Positions 50,222 to 58,494 of a stretch of DNA of 64,000 nucleotides are shown in pieces. Under the pieces are notes generated by a model. It worked only from the letters and a program-made list of their open reading frames with translations. It did not search any database and was not told the DNA's origin. Source of the stretch: Acidobacteriota bacterium (GTDB lineage: Bacteria > Acidobacteriota > Vicinamibacteria > Marinacidobacterales > Marinacidobacteraceae); contig JAJEIY010000046.1 of NCBI GenBank assembly GCA_022828085.1, positions 556-64,555 of the forward strand. The letters run 5' to 3'. Every line of letters starts with the position of its first letter. Position 1 is the first letter of the stretch. A program made the translations under genes and the position numbers.

Positions 50222-51553
50222 GTGATCCAGGACGAGGCGCGGCTCTCCCGCTGGGCCCAACTCGAATTCCCCGACGGAACGCCGGCGGAAGAGGCGCGTG
50301 CGCTCGTAGCCCTGATCCGGCGCGACGGCTGGCGCGTCCACAGGGGGGACGGCACCCGCCTGGTCATATCCGAGGTCCCCGCCAGCGACGATCCTCCCGC
50401 CGCACTGATGAAGGCGCTAAACGCCCCCGTGAATCCGGCGGGCCTCTCGGCCCTCGCGGAGGTGGTCGAGCAGGTTCGCGCCTGGGATTCGGGCTGGCAG
50501 GCGCGTTTCCCCGCCCGCCTGGAACGCTGGAACTTCAGCAAGGAGCAGCCTCCAGAATCGAGGTTGCTCGCCTTCCCCGGCCCCCAGGAGCCCGCCCCGG
50601 ACGAATTCCGGCCGGGCTACTTGCCGTTCAACGACGCGCCGACGCATCCGGAGGCGCCACCACTGCCTCCCGCACTTGCGGCGTTCGACTTCCTCGGTGG
50701 ACAGTCCATGCGCAGCGGACGCGGCGTGACCCACGAGGCCCGGCTCGTCGTTCACGTGCTCGGCAACCTGAGCCCGGCCGCACGCAAGAGCGGCGTCCTG
50801 ACTCCGCAGTACTTCTCCGCGGCCGAGATGGCGGCGGAATTGTGGGAGGAGATCCCCCGAGGGGGCCGGGCGATCCGGATGCTGCGCCGGGCGCTGGACC
50901 GCATGACGCGCCTCGAGGCCGGCCCCATCACACTTCCCGATGGATCCCTTGCCGCCCTGCGGCCCCTGATGATCGGCGCCATGCCTTACGGGCTCGACGG
51001 CTCGGTAGAGATCTTCGTCCGGCTCCCGCCAGACCCCGACGGGCGGGGCTTCCGGTACGACCGGCTGCGAGCCCGGCACTGGGCGCGGCGGGCGGCGCCG
51101 CACTGGCGGCTCTATTTCGCCGCCTGCTTCCTGCGCGACCGTTTCGCCATCGATGGACGGGGAATCGAGCTGACGATTCCCGAAGTGCAGCGCGGCCGCG
51201 GAGGGGTCATTCTCGACGCCGCCGGCAACCCCGTGTTCAGCAAAGGGCAGCCGGTCCTGGAGTGGCATCACCCGAAAGCGATCGCCACGGGGACGCGGCT
51301 CCCCAACCCCGCCGCTAGCCGCCTTCAGATCTATTCCCTCGCCGACCTTACCCGGGTTGCGTGCGGCCCTCCTCCGGACCATTTGAGCAAGGAGGGGCGC
51401 TACAAGCGCCGTGTGCGAACCGAGCAGGCGCTCACGGATCTCCAGGACGCGGGCGACCTGGAATTCGAACTCGCGGACGACCCGTGTGGCCGACGCCGCT
51501 TCCGGATCGCGGCCGTGGATCCTCGGCGCAGGCACCGCCGACTCATCGAGTAG
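50222..51553 (+). CDS. hypothetical protein; candidate iteron-binding replication initiator (assigned by position only)
   Basis: 443-aa ORF with coding-like GC3 and no family recognised by eye; ends 30 nt before six tandem iterons. Confidence 0.4.
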   Translation: MIQDEARLSRWAQLEFPDGTPAEEARALVALIRRDGWRVHRGDGTRLVISEVPASDDPPAALMKALNAPVNPAGLSALAEVVEQVRAWDSGWQARFPARLERWNFSKEQPPESRLLAFPGPQEPAPDEFRPGYLPFNDAPTHPEAPPLPPALAAFDFLGGQSMRSGRGVTHEARLVVHVLGNLSPAARKSGVLTPQYFSAAEMAAELWEEIPRGGRAIRMLRRALDRMTRLEAGPITLPDGSLAALRPLMIGAMPYGLDGSVEIFVRLPPDPDGRGFRYDRLRARHWARRAAPHWRLYFAACFLRDRFAIDGRGIELTIPEVQRGRGGVILDAAGNPVFSKGQPVLEWHHPKAIATGTRLPNPAASRLQIYSLADLTRVACGPPPDHLSKEGRYKRRVRTEQALTDLQDAGDLEFELADDPCGRRRFRIAAVDPRRRHRRLIE

Positions 51554-51585
51554 CCGAGTAGCCAACCCATCCCCGCAAGGGTTGT

Positions 51586-51709
51586 GTGTGTTTCCAGGGC
51601 GACCGGTGTGTTTCCAGGGCGACCGGTGTGTTTCCAGGGTCACCTGGTGTGTTTCCAGGGTCACCTGGTGTGTTTCCAGGGTCACCTGGTGTGTTTCCAG
51701 GGTCACCGG
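51586..51709. repeat. six tandem iterons: 2 x GTGTGTTTCCAGGGCGACCG (20 bp) + 4 x GTGTGTTTCCAGGGTCACC(T)G (21 bp)
   Basis: Direct tandem repeats read from the sequence (unit starts 51586, 51606, 51626, 51647, 51668, 51689). Confidence 0.85.
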
Positions 51710-51748
51710 CGTCTCGAAAACGCATGGCACTCTTGGCCTCGCGGATTT

Positions 51749-51808
51749 ACCCCAATTCTTCCCCAATTCCTTCCCAATTCCTCCCATATGGGGGAAGGGA
51801 ATTGGGGA
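51749..51808. repeat. three CCCAATTC direct repeats merging into an imperfect palindrome centred on CATATG (cccaattcctccCATATGggggaagggaattggg): origin/operator-like block
   Basis: Read from the sequence; locally AT-richer; adjacent to the iterons. Confidence 0.6.
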
Positions 51809-52081
51809 AGTGGACGTGCGACGAATTTCCACGCCACCAACACACGGAGCGACGGAGCCGACTTAGCGCGACTTCGTCGCGCGCCTCCGGTCGGGCTCCG
51901 CTTCGCGGCCCCTCCCTCTCCCGCCGCTCGCGCGGCGGGTCAACTACGAACGCGAAAACCGTTGCTGGACCGGCCCTGGGATGCCAGGAACATCACCAGA
52001 GCAGACCGGCGAATTCGCGCCGACGGCCCGGAGTGTGATAGATAACCGGCTCCGAACCCGAACCGGCTCCAAACCCGTGGC

Positions 52082-52109
52082 CACACACACACACACACAC
52101 ACACACACA
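52082..52109. repeat. (CA)14 dinucleotide microsatellite
   Basis: 28 nt of perfect CA repeats, 130 nt upstream of the primase-like gene. Confidence 0.9.
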
Positions 52110-52239
52110 GCAAGACCCGGACCAGGCCACGGCGTATATCCGGGCGCTTTATCCCGCTCCATCTGAACATCTCGCGCTAGTCGCGATCGACCGGGTCAAG
52201 GACCGCCACCCGGAACAGCGAATCCGACAGGCGCGAGCC

Positions 52240-52974
52240 GTGACCGCGCCGAAGTTCCAGGCGTGGCTTCGGGCTCTGAACGCCCAGGGCTACGACATCT
52301 TCGTGTCGATGAATCCCATCAACCCGGAGCGGCGACGCCGCGAGAAGCAGGACGTGGCGAAGGTGCGCCGGCTCCAGCTCGACCTGGACCGCAACGGCCC
52401 CGAGTCCCTGCATCGCGTGCTCGCCGACGTGCATGCGGGTTCCCTGCCCCGCCCCGCGGCTGTGGTCCGGAGCTCACGCCACAACTACCAGGTCATCTGG
52501 CACGCGGATCCGGACGTCTGGACCGCTCCGGAGGCCGAGGACACCATGCGCCGCCTGGCGGCCCGCTACGGGGGCGACTCCTCGGTCGCCGACGTCGCCC
52601 GCGTCATGCGTGTGCCGGGCTTCCGCAACAAGAAACCGGAGCGCGACGACGCGCCCGTGCAGTGGACCGACCACGCTGGCCGGCCGACGCGCCCGGATGC
52701 GTTCGCGCATCTCCCGAAGGTGGAGCATTCCCTGCAGCGCTCCCCCGGCACGGGACGTCAGATCGAGGGCCGCGACACCAGCCAGTCCGCCCGGGACTGG
52801 GCCTATGCCAAGGACCAGCTCCGCAAGGGCGTCCCCCAGGAGAAGGTCATCGCCGCGCTTGAGAAGCGCCGCGCCGGCGAGAAGCACGACCCCCGCTACT
52901 ACGCCGAGCGGACCACCCGCAAGGCATTCCTCGACATCCAGCGTCCGCGCGCGCGGGCGCTGCCATCCCGCTGA
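52240..52974 (+). CDS. RepB'-type DNA primase-like protein (plasmid primase family)
   Basis: Motifs LQLDLD (DxD), SSRHNYQVIWH and GGD..VADVARVMRVPGFRNKK resemble RSF1010 RepB'-like primase hallmarks. Confidence 0.5.
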   Translation: MTAPKFQAWLRALNAQGYDIFVSMNPINPERRRREKQDVAKVRRLQLDLDRNGPESLHRVLADVHAGSLPRPAAVVRSSRHNYQVIWHADPDVWTAPEAEDTMRRLAARYGGDSSVADVARVMRVPGFRNKKPERDDAPVQWTDHAGRPTRPDAFAHLPKVEHSLQRSPGTGRQIEGRDTSQSARDWAYAKDQLRKGVPQEKVIAALEKRRAGEKHDPRYYAERTTRKAFLDIQRPRARALPSR

Positions 52975-52995
52975 AACGCGAAAGGAGCAGCACAC

Positions 52996-53214
52996 ATGGG
53001 AATCAGAGAAATCGAGATCGAGGGCAAACCCGCCCTCAGCGTCGACACCGAGGAGGAGTTCGCTCAGGTCTTCGACCGCGGGCTGCCCATCGAGGCCCCG
53101 CGAGAGGTCGTCGACGCCTTCGGCATCCCCGGCGCCGACGAGAACGGCGACCCCCTCGACACCGACGAGCCTTCGGCTGAGTTTGACGACCTGGCTCTGG
53201 AGGACCAGCCCTAA
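52996..53214 (+). CDS. small highly acidic protein (72 aa; candidate DNA-mimic / anti-restriction protein)
   Basis: Strong RBS AAAGGAG 9 nt upstream. About 35% Asp+Glu (..DTEEEFAQVFD..DENGDPLDTDEPSAEFDDLALEDQP). Confidence 0.5.
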   Translation: MGIREIEIEGKPALSVDTEEEFAQVFDRGLPIEAPREVVDAFGIPGADENGDPLDTDEPSAEFDDLALEDQP

Positions 53215-53248
53215 CCGCGCGGAACCCCGCGCCGCATGAGTAACCAAC

Positions 53249-54334
53249 ATGGCCGAAGCCAAAGCCAACACTCGCGGCCGGGACCGCATCACCGAGTACC
53301 ACCAGCAGTTTGCCGCCGCGATCATCAAGCAGATCGAGGCCGGCACCGCCCCCTGGCAGCGCCCCTGGAAACCCGGCGAGCAGCTCCTTCCCCGTAACCC
53401 CTTCACGGGCAACCGATACACCGGCGGCAACGCCCTCGGCCTCGCGCTCGAGGGCGCGCAACGCGGCTTCGCCGACCATCGCTGGGCCACCTACCGCCAG
53501 ATCAAGGAAGCCGGCGGCCACGTCCGCAAGGGCGAACGCGGCGCACAGATCCTCTACTTCCAGAACCGGAAGCTGCTTGCCAAGAAGGACGACCAGGGCC
53601 GTCAAATGGTCGACTCCGACGGCCGCACCGTCTACGAACGCCCCGACAAACCGCGGCTCCTCGTCCGCGTCTACACCGTCTTCAACGCCGAGCAAGCCGA
53701 AGGACTCGACCTGCCCCCGCGCGACGCGACCGCGCCCGAGTGGCAACGCCACCAGGCGGCCGAAGCCGTGATCGAAACCTCCAACGTCCCGATCAAACAC
53801 GCACCCGGCAATCGCGCCTACTACAGCTCAAGAGCCGACCAGATCGTCCTCCCCGAGCGCCGCCAGTTCCCGTCCGCCGAGCACTACTACGCGACGGCTC
53901 TCCACGAGCTTTCACACGCGTCCGGACACAAGAGCCGGATGGACCGCGAGACCTTCCACAACGCCGTCAAATACCCCACGGGCGGCTTCGGCAGCGCGCC
54001 CTACGCCCGCGAAGAGCTCCGGGCGGAAATCGCCGCCATGATGACCGGCGAGCGCATCGGCATTGGCCACCACCCGCAGGACGGCCACTGCGGCAACAGC
54101 GCGGCGTACGTCGAGAGCTGGATCAAAGCCCTCAAAGACGACCCACGCGAGATCTACCGCGCGGCCGCCGAGGCCACCCGCATCTCCGACTTCCTCGTGA
54201 AGCCGGCCCGCGAGCGGATCCAGGAGATCGGCCGGGACGAGCCGTCCTCACCGGACGCCGCCGAGATGCGCGTTCCCGCGCTCACGCATCCGTCTCCCGC
54301 GCGGCAGCAGCCGGCCATGACGCCCCGACGATGA
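53249..54334 (+). CDS. ardC: ArdC-like antirestriction protein (N-terminal ssDNA-binding DUF1738 domain plus C-terminal zincin-like metalloprotease domain with an intact HExxH)
   Basis: ArdC-N motifs AGTAPWQRPW and RYTGGNALGLAL; C-domain YYATALHELSHASGH. Confidence 0.7.
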   Translation: MAEAKANTRGRDRITEYHQQFAAAIIKQIEAGTAPWQRPWKPGEQLLPRNPFTGNRYTGGNALGLALEGAQRGFADHRWATYRQIKEAGGHVRKGERGAQILYFQNRKLLAKKDDQGRQMVDSDGRTVYERPDKPRLLVRVYTVFNAEQAEGLDLPPRDATAPEWQRHQAAEAVIETSNVPIKHAPGNRAYYSSRADQIVLPERRQFPSAEHYYATALHELSHASGHKSRMDRETFHNAVKYPTGGFGSAPYAREELRAEIAAMMTGERIGIGHHPQDGHCGNSAAYVESWIKALKDDPREIYRAAAEATRISDFLVKPARERIQEIGRDEPSSPDAAEMRVPALTHPSPARQQPAMTPRR

Positions 54335-54395
54335 GCCTCCCATCTCATGCCCAGCCTCCGCGCGATCCCGAAACCCCCCACCAGGAGTAAGAATC

Positions 54396-55532
54396 ATGGC
54401 TGAAGCCACTCCTGCGTGGCGAAGGTTCCTGAGGAACCTGCGCTGGGGCAACCCTGGGAAAAACCGGGCCTGGGACGAGGGGGGAGTCAAGGTCGCCGGG
54501 CCCCCGGCAAGACCACCGACCAAAAAAAACGCCGCCCGCCCGCACCGCCTGGCCGGTAGAAGCCGAGAGTCCCACCTCCACGGCCCGCTGGGCGATTACT
54601 ACCGGATGTTTGCCGAGACCGCCATCCGGCAGATGGAGGAAGGCACCGCGCTCTGGCACTGCCCGTCAGAGGACGGGGAGCGGGTTCTGCCCCGGAACGC
54701 CGTCACTCACCGCGCCTACACCGCCGGCAACGCCATCTACCTGGCCGTCCGCGGCCAGGACCGCGGCTTCCGCGACAACCGCTGGATGACCCTGCAGCAG
54801 ATCAAGGAGGCCGGCGCCCTGCCGCCGGACGGACCCGGCGAACGGATCCTCGTCCGCCACGACCGCAAGGGCCAGAAGCCCGTCTGCCGCACCTCCACCG
54901 TCTACAACGTCGAGCAGGTCCGCGGCCTCAACCTCGAGCGGCGCATGCCGCGTCCGGCGGACTGGCTCGCGGAACGCGGCGCCGACGCTGTCATCGCCGC
55001 TTCCGCCGTCGAGATCAAGCACACCGACGAGCCCTATAGCTGGCCCTACTACCGCGGGAACCGCAACCAGATCGTCCTGCCCAACTGGAAGAAAACCGCG
55101 AGCAGCAACCACTACTACAGCACCGCGCTTCGGAACATAGCCTGCGCATCCACACACGAAGATCGAACGGACCGCTGGCCACCTCCCCGCGAGCTGCTGC
55201 GCGCGGACATCGCCACCATCACGGTCTGCGACCGGTTGGGGCTCGGCTACCAGCCGCTTGCCGAGAATCCGCAGGATATTCGCGACCCGACCGGGGCTCC
55301 CGACTACACGGAGGCCTGGATCAAGGCCCTCAAGGAGGACCCGCGCGAGATGCACCGCGCGGCATCCGAGGGCCACCGCATCGCGGAGCACCTCATCCAG
55401 CCGGCCCGCGCGCAGTTACGGAACATCGTCCGCAAGGCACACGCCGCGCTCGATGCGGAGATGCTCGAAGGCACATCCCCCGCCCGTCCGTCTCCCGTGC
55501 GCCCGCAGCCGGCCATGACGCCCGGACGATGA
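54396..55532 (+). CDS. ArdC-like paralog 2 (HExxH replaced by RNIAC; N-terminus divergent, possible frameshift near an A8 run at 54524-54531)
   Basis: Core FAETAIRQMEEGTALW...YTAGNAIYLAV is homologous to copy 1. The C-domain reads YYSTALRNIACASTHEDR and the C-terminus ..PQPAMTPGR parallels copy 1. Confidence 0.6.
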   Translation: MAEATPAWRRFLRNLRWGNPGKNRAWDEGGVKVAGPPARPPTKKNAARPHRLAGRSRESHLHGPLGDYYRMFAETAIRQMEEGTALWHCPSEDGERVLPRNAVTHRAYTAGNAIYLAVRGQDRGFRDNRWMTLQQIKEAGALPPDGPGERILVRHDRKGQKPVCRTSTVYNVEQVRGLNLERRMPRPADWLAERGADAVIAASAVEIKHTDEPYSWPYYRGNRNQIVLPNWKKTASSNHYYSTALRNIACASTHEDRTDRWPPPRELLRADIATITVCDRLGLGYQPLAENPQDIRDPTGAPDYTEAWIKALKEDPREMHRAASEGHRIAEHLIQPARAQLRNIVRKAHAALDAEMLEGTSPARPSPVRPQPAMTPGR

Positions 55533-55593
55533 GCCTCTCATCCCGTGCGCGGACCCCGCGCGATCCCGAAACCCCCAACCGGGAGTAACCAAC

Positions 55594-56586
55594 ATGGCCG
55601 AAGCCAAAACCTCTCCCTCGAAGCCCGCGATCGACTCGCCCAGCCGCTACTACGGGAAGTTCGCCGAGACCGCCATCCGGCAGATGGAGGAAGGCACCGC
55701 GCCTTGGCAGCGCGCCGCGAAGGCCGGCGAGCGGGTCCTGCCCCGAAACGCCATCACCCACCGCGCCTACACCGGCGGCAACGCCGTCTACCTGCCCGTC
55801 CGCGGCCAGGACCGCGGCTTCACCGACAACCGCTGGATCACCATGCAGCAGATCAAGGAGGCCGGCGCCCAGCCGCCGAAGGGGCCCGGCGAACGCATCC
55901 TCGTCCGCCAGGAACGCGACGGGCAGAAGCCCGTCTGGCGCACCTCCATCGTCTACAACGTCGAGCAGGTCCGCGGCCTCAAGCTCGACCGGCGCCCGCC
56001 GCGGCCGGAATGGCAGGCGCACCGCGGCGCCGACGCCGTCATCGCCGCCTCCGCCGTCGAGATCAAGCACACCGCCGGCGAACACAACTACTACAACAAG
56101 GAGCACGACCAGGTCGTCCTCCCCGAGCGGAAGCAGTTCCGGAGTCCGGAGCACTACTACAGCACCGCGCTGCGGAACATGGCCCACGCCTCCGGACACG
56201 AGAGCCGGATGGACCGCGAGACCTTCAAGCAGACCCACAGCGAGGGTCTGGACGGCGCGGCGCACGGCCGCGAGAAGCTCCGTGTCGAGATCGCCACCAT
56301 GACGGCGGGCGACCGGCTCGGCGTCGGCTACCAGCCGCAGCACGATCCCAGCTACAAGGAGCTCTGGATCAAGGCCCTCAAGGAGGACCCGCGCGAGATG
56401 CACCGCGCAGCCTCCGAGGGCCACCGCATCGCGCGGAACCTCATCAAGCCCGCCCGCGAACAGCTGCGGGGCATCGCCCGCGAAGCGCGCGCCGCGCGCG
56501 ATGCGGAGACGCCCGAACGCGCTCCCCAGGCCCCTCCGAAAGCCATGCCCCAGCGCCAGGTGCCGGCGATGTCCCCCGCGCGCTGA
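55594..56586 (+). CDS. ArdC-like paralog 3 (HExxH replaced by RNMAH)
   Basis: MAEAK.. start and a -35 to -1 upstream region conserved with copies 1 and 2; YYSTALRNMAHASGHESRMDRETF. Confidence 0.65.
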   Translation: MAEAKTSPSKPAIDSPSRYYGKFAETAIRQMEEGTAPWQRAAKAGERVLPRNAITHRAYTGGNAVYLPVRGQDRGFTDNRWITMQQIKEAGAQPPKGPGERILVRQERDGQKPVWRTSIVYNVEQVRGLKLDRRPPRPEWQAHRGADAVIAASAVEIKHTAGEHNYYNKEHDQVVLPERKQFRSPEHYYSTALRNMAHASGHESRMDRETFKQTHSEGLDGAAHGREKLRVEIATMTAGDRLGVGYQPQHDPSYKELWIKALKEDPREMHRAASEGHRIARNLIKPAREQLRGIAREARAARDAETPERAPQAPPKAMPQRQVPAMSPAR

Positions 56587-56595
56587 CCCCCGCCC

Positions 56596-57498
56596 ATGAG
56601 TCGCCGTCCGGAGCCCCGCCATCCCACCAGGCCGGCCGCCCCCCGCGGCCGCGAGCCTTGGCGCACCGGACACCGCCGGGAACACGGTTCCCGGGACGGC
56701 GCTCCCCGCGGCCGGGACCGGCGCGAAGGCGCGCTCGTGGACATCAGCGCCCATCGAGTCGCCGCCTACCAGGACATCGCGGCCGTCCACTTCGACGGCC
56801 ACCCCTACGCCGCGCGCGCCGGCATCAACCGCCTCAAGCGCGAGGGCCTCGTGACCGAGCATCAGGCGGACGGGCCGAACGGCGGCTCCTTCACTGTCCT
56901 GGCGGCGACCAGGAAGGGAGCCGCGGAGGCGCAGGCCGCCGCGGAGAGCCGCGGCGGCGCCGACGGACAGCACTTCTGGAGCGGGATCGGACGCCGCGAG
57001 GACCTCGCCCACGACGTCGCCGTCTACCGCGCCGTGCTTGCCGCCCGGGAAGAGCTCGCCGCCAAGGGAGTCGAGGCGCTCCGGGTCCGGCTCGACGCGG
57101 AGCTGCGCCGCATCGTGGTCCGGCGGAGCGAGCGGGCCCGGGCCCGGGCGGGGCGGAAGGCGGCCGACGCCGAACGGCGGCGCGCGGCCGCCGAGCTCGG
57201 ACTTCCCCACTCCCCGGAGGGGGCGGTGTCGTTCCCGGACGCGCAGCTCGAATACACCCTCGAGGAGGATGCCGGGGGACAGACGTTCGGCCGGGTGAAC
57301 ATCGAGGTCACCACCGAGCACTACCGCGAAGGCGCGATCGCGGCGAAGGCCGCGGCGGGCTTCGCGCTCCACGGCTCGAACGGCAAGGCCGGCCGCCTCA
57401 TCGCGAGAACCATCGCGAAAGCCTTTCGGGAGGCGGCAAGACCACAGCGCAGCGGCGGGGGGAGGGACCCGACACCGCGGGAGCTGATGGAGATCTGA
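56596..57498 (+). CDS. hypothetical protein (Arg/Ala-rich; start uncertain)
   Basis: ORF with coding-like bias between the ArdC triplet and the T4SS genes; no family recognised. Confidence 0.35.
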   Translation: MSRRPEPRHPTRPAAPRGREPWRTGHRREHGSRDGAPRGRDRREGALVDISAHRVAAYQDIAAVHFDGHPYAARAGINRLKREGLVTEHQADGPNGGSFTVLAATRKGAAEAQAAAESRGGADGQHFWSGIGRREDLAHDVAVYRAVLAAREELAAKGVEALRVRLDAELRRIVVRRSERARARAGRKAADAERRRAAAELGLPHSPEGAVSFPDAQLEYTLEEDAGGQTFGRVNIEVTTEHYREGAIAAKAAAGFALHGSNGKAGRLIARTIAKAFREAARPQRSGGGRDPTPRELMEI

Positions 57499-57499
57499 G

Positions 57500-57817
57500 A
57501 TGCATCCCTGGAAAGTGAGCGTCGGCGTCACCGTCGCGGTCACGGCGCTGGCCGTCTTCTTCGGGGCCTCCCACTTCGACTACCTCGCACCCTACCGCCG
57601 GGTCATCGTCACCGAGTACTGGTGGCCGATCACCCTCTACGCGGGCGCGGCCTTCCTCACCGTCGTCATTGCCGTCGCCGGGATCCTGCGGAGCCTGGGG
57701 CTCTACGACATCGGCCGGAAGGTCGACCTCGCGGAGCGCTCGGTTCGCCGCGGCGACGGCGATCCCGACCTTGCCCGCCGCCTTGCCGAACAGGAGCAGG
57801 GCGACTTCACCGACTAA
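57500..57817 (+). CDS. small two-TM membrane protein, hypothetical
   Basis: Two hydrophobic helices (VGVTVAVTALAVFF.., ITLYAGAAFLTVVIAVAGIL); immediately upstream of trbC. Confidence 0.4.
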   Translation: MHPWKVSVGVTVAVTALAVFFGASHFDYLAPYRRVIVTEYWWPITLYAGAAFLTVVIAVAGILRSLGLYDIGRKVDLAERSVRRGDGDPDLARRLAEQEQGDFTD

Positions 57818-57838
57818 CCCAACCCAGGAGGCTCTTCC

Positions 57839-58135
57839 ATGAAGCGCACCACATCCCATATCCGTGCGGCCATCATCCTGGCTGCCGCCGCTGTGCTCGT
57901 GCCGAGCGCCGCGTTCGCCACGATGGCAGGCACCAGCCCCTGGCTGAACGCCGTCTCGGTCCTCGAGACCGCCTTCACCGGCCCGATCGCCCGCGGCCTG
58001 TCCCTGATCGCCATCGTCATCGGCGGGCTGATGTTCGCCTTCGGCGAGGGCGGCTCCAAGAAGGCCCTGGCCGGGATCATCTTCGGCCTCGGCATGGCGA
58101 TGGGCGCCGTGAACTTCCTCGGCTGGCTCTTCTGA
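57839..58135 (+). CDS. trbC: TrbC/VirB2-family conjugative pilin
   Basis: Signal peptide plus two hydrophobic segments and a Gly-rich C-terminus (IAIVIGGLMFAFGEGG...IIFGLGMAMGAVNFLGWLF); RBS GGAGG. Confidence 0.7.
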   Translation: MKRTTSHIRAAIILAAAAVLVPSAAFATMAGTSPWLNAVSVLETAFTGPIARGLSLIAIVIGGLMFAFGEGGSKKALAGIIFGLGMAMGAVNFLGWLF

Positions 58136-58203
58136 CCCGTCCATACGGTATTGATCGTATGACGCCATACGGTATTGACCGTGCATACGGTCGGGCTTGA
58201 ATC

Positions 58204-58494
58204 GTGACCGGCAAGCGCGCCTGGCACGGCCACCCCGCCCTGAGCCGGCCGCTCACCATCATGGGGGTCGAGAGACGGTGGTTCCTGCTGTCTCTCACCC
58301 TCGGCCTGGCGATGTGGAACGCCATCAACTCGCTCGTCACGGGCGGCCTGATCTTCGGCACCCTCTACGCCGCCGGCTGGCTCGCCTGGCGCCAGGACCC
58401 GAACATGCTGTCCATCGTCGCGGCGAGCGCCACGAGCCGCGTCCGCTACGACGCCGGCAAGCCGAGCCTGTGGCACGTCGACCTCCTCGAATGA
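58204..58494 (+). CDS. VirB3/TrbD-family T4SS protein
   Basis: ~96 aa, two TM segments, overlapping the virB4 start (ATGA) in the typical virB3-virB4 arrangement. Confidence 0.6.
   Translation: MTGKRAWHGHPALSRPLTIMGVERRWFLLSLTLGLAMWNAINSLVTGGLIFGTLYAAGWLAWRQDPNMLSIVAASATSRVRYDAGKPSLWHVDLLE

Noticed and set aside
51586-51709. Tandem repeat array considered as a CRISPR array
   Set aside because: Repeats are directly contiguous (20-21-bp period) with no spacers, and no cas genes are nearby. The architecture fits iterons.
58197-58490. Upstream extension of the virB4 ORF (MNRDRQARLARPPRPEPAAHHHGG...)
   Set aside because: Overlaps the virB3-like gene in another frame. The canonical ATGA-coupled start at 58491 gives a normal VirB4 N-terminus.
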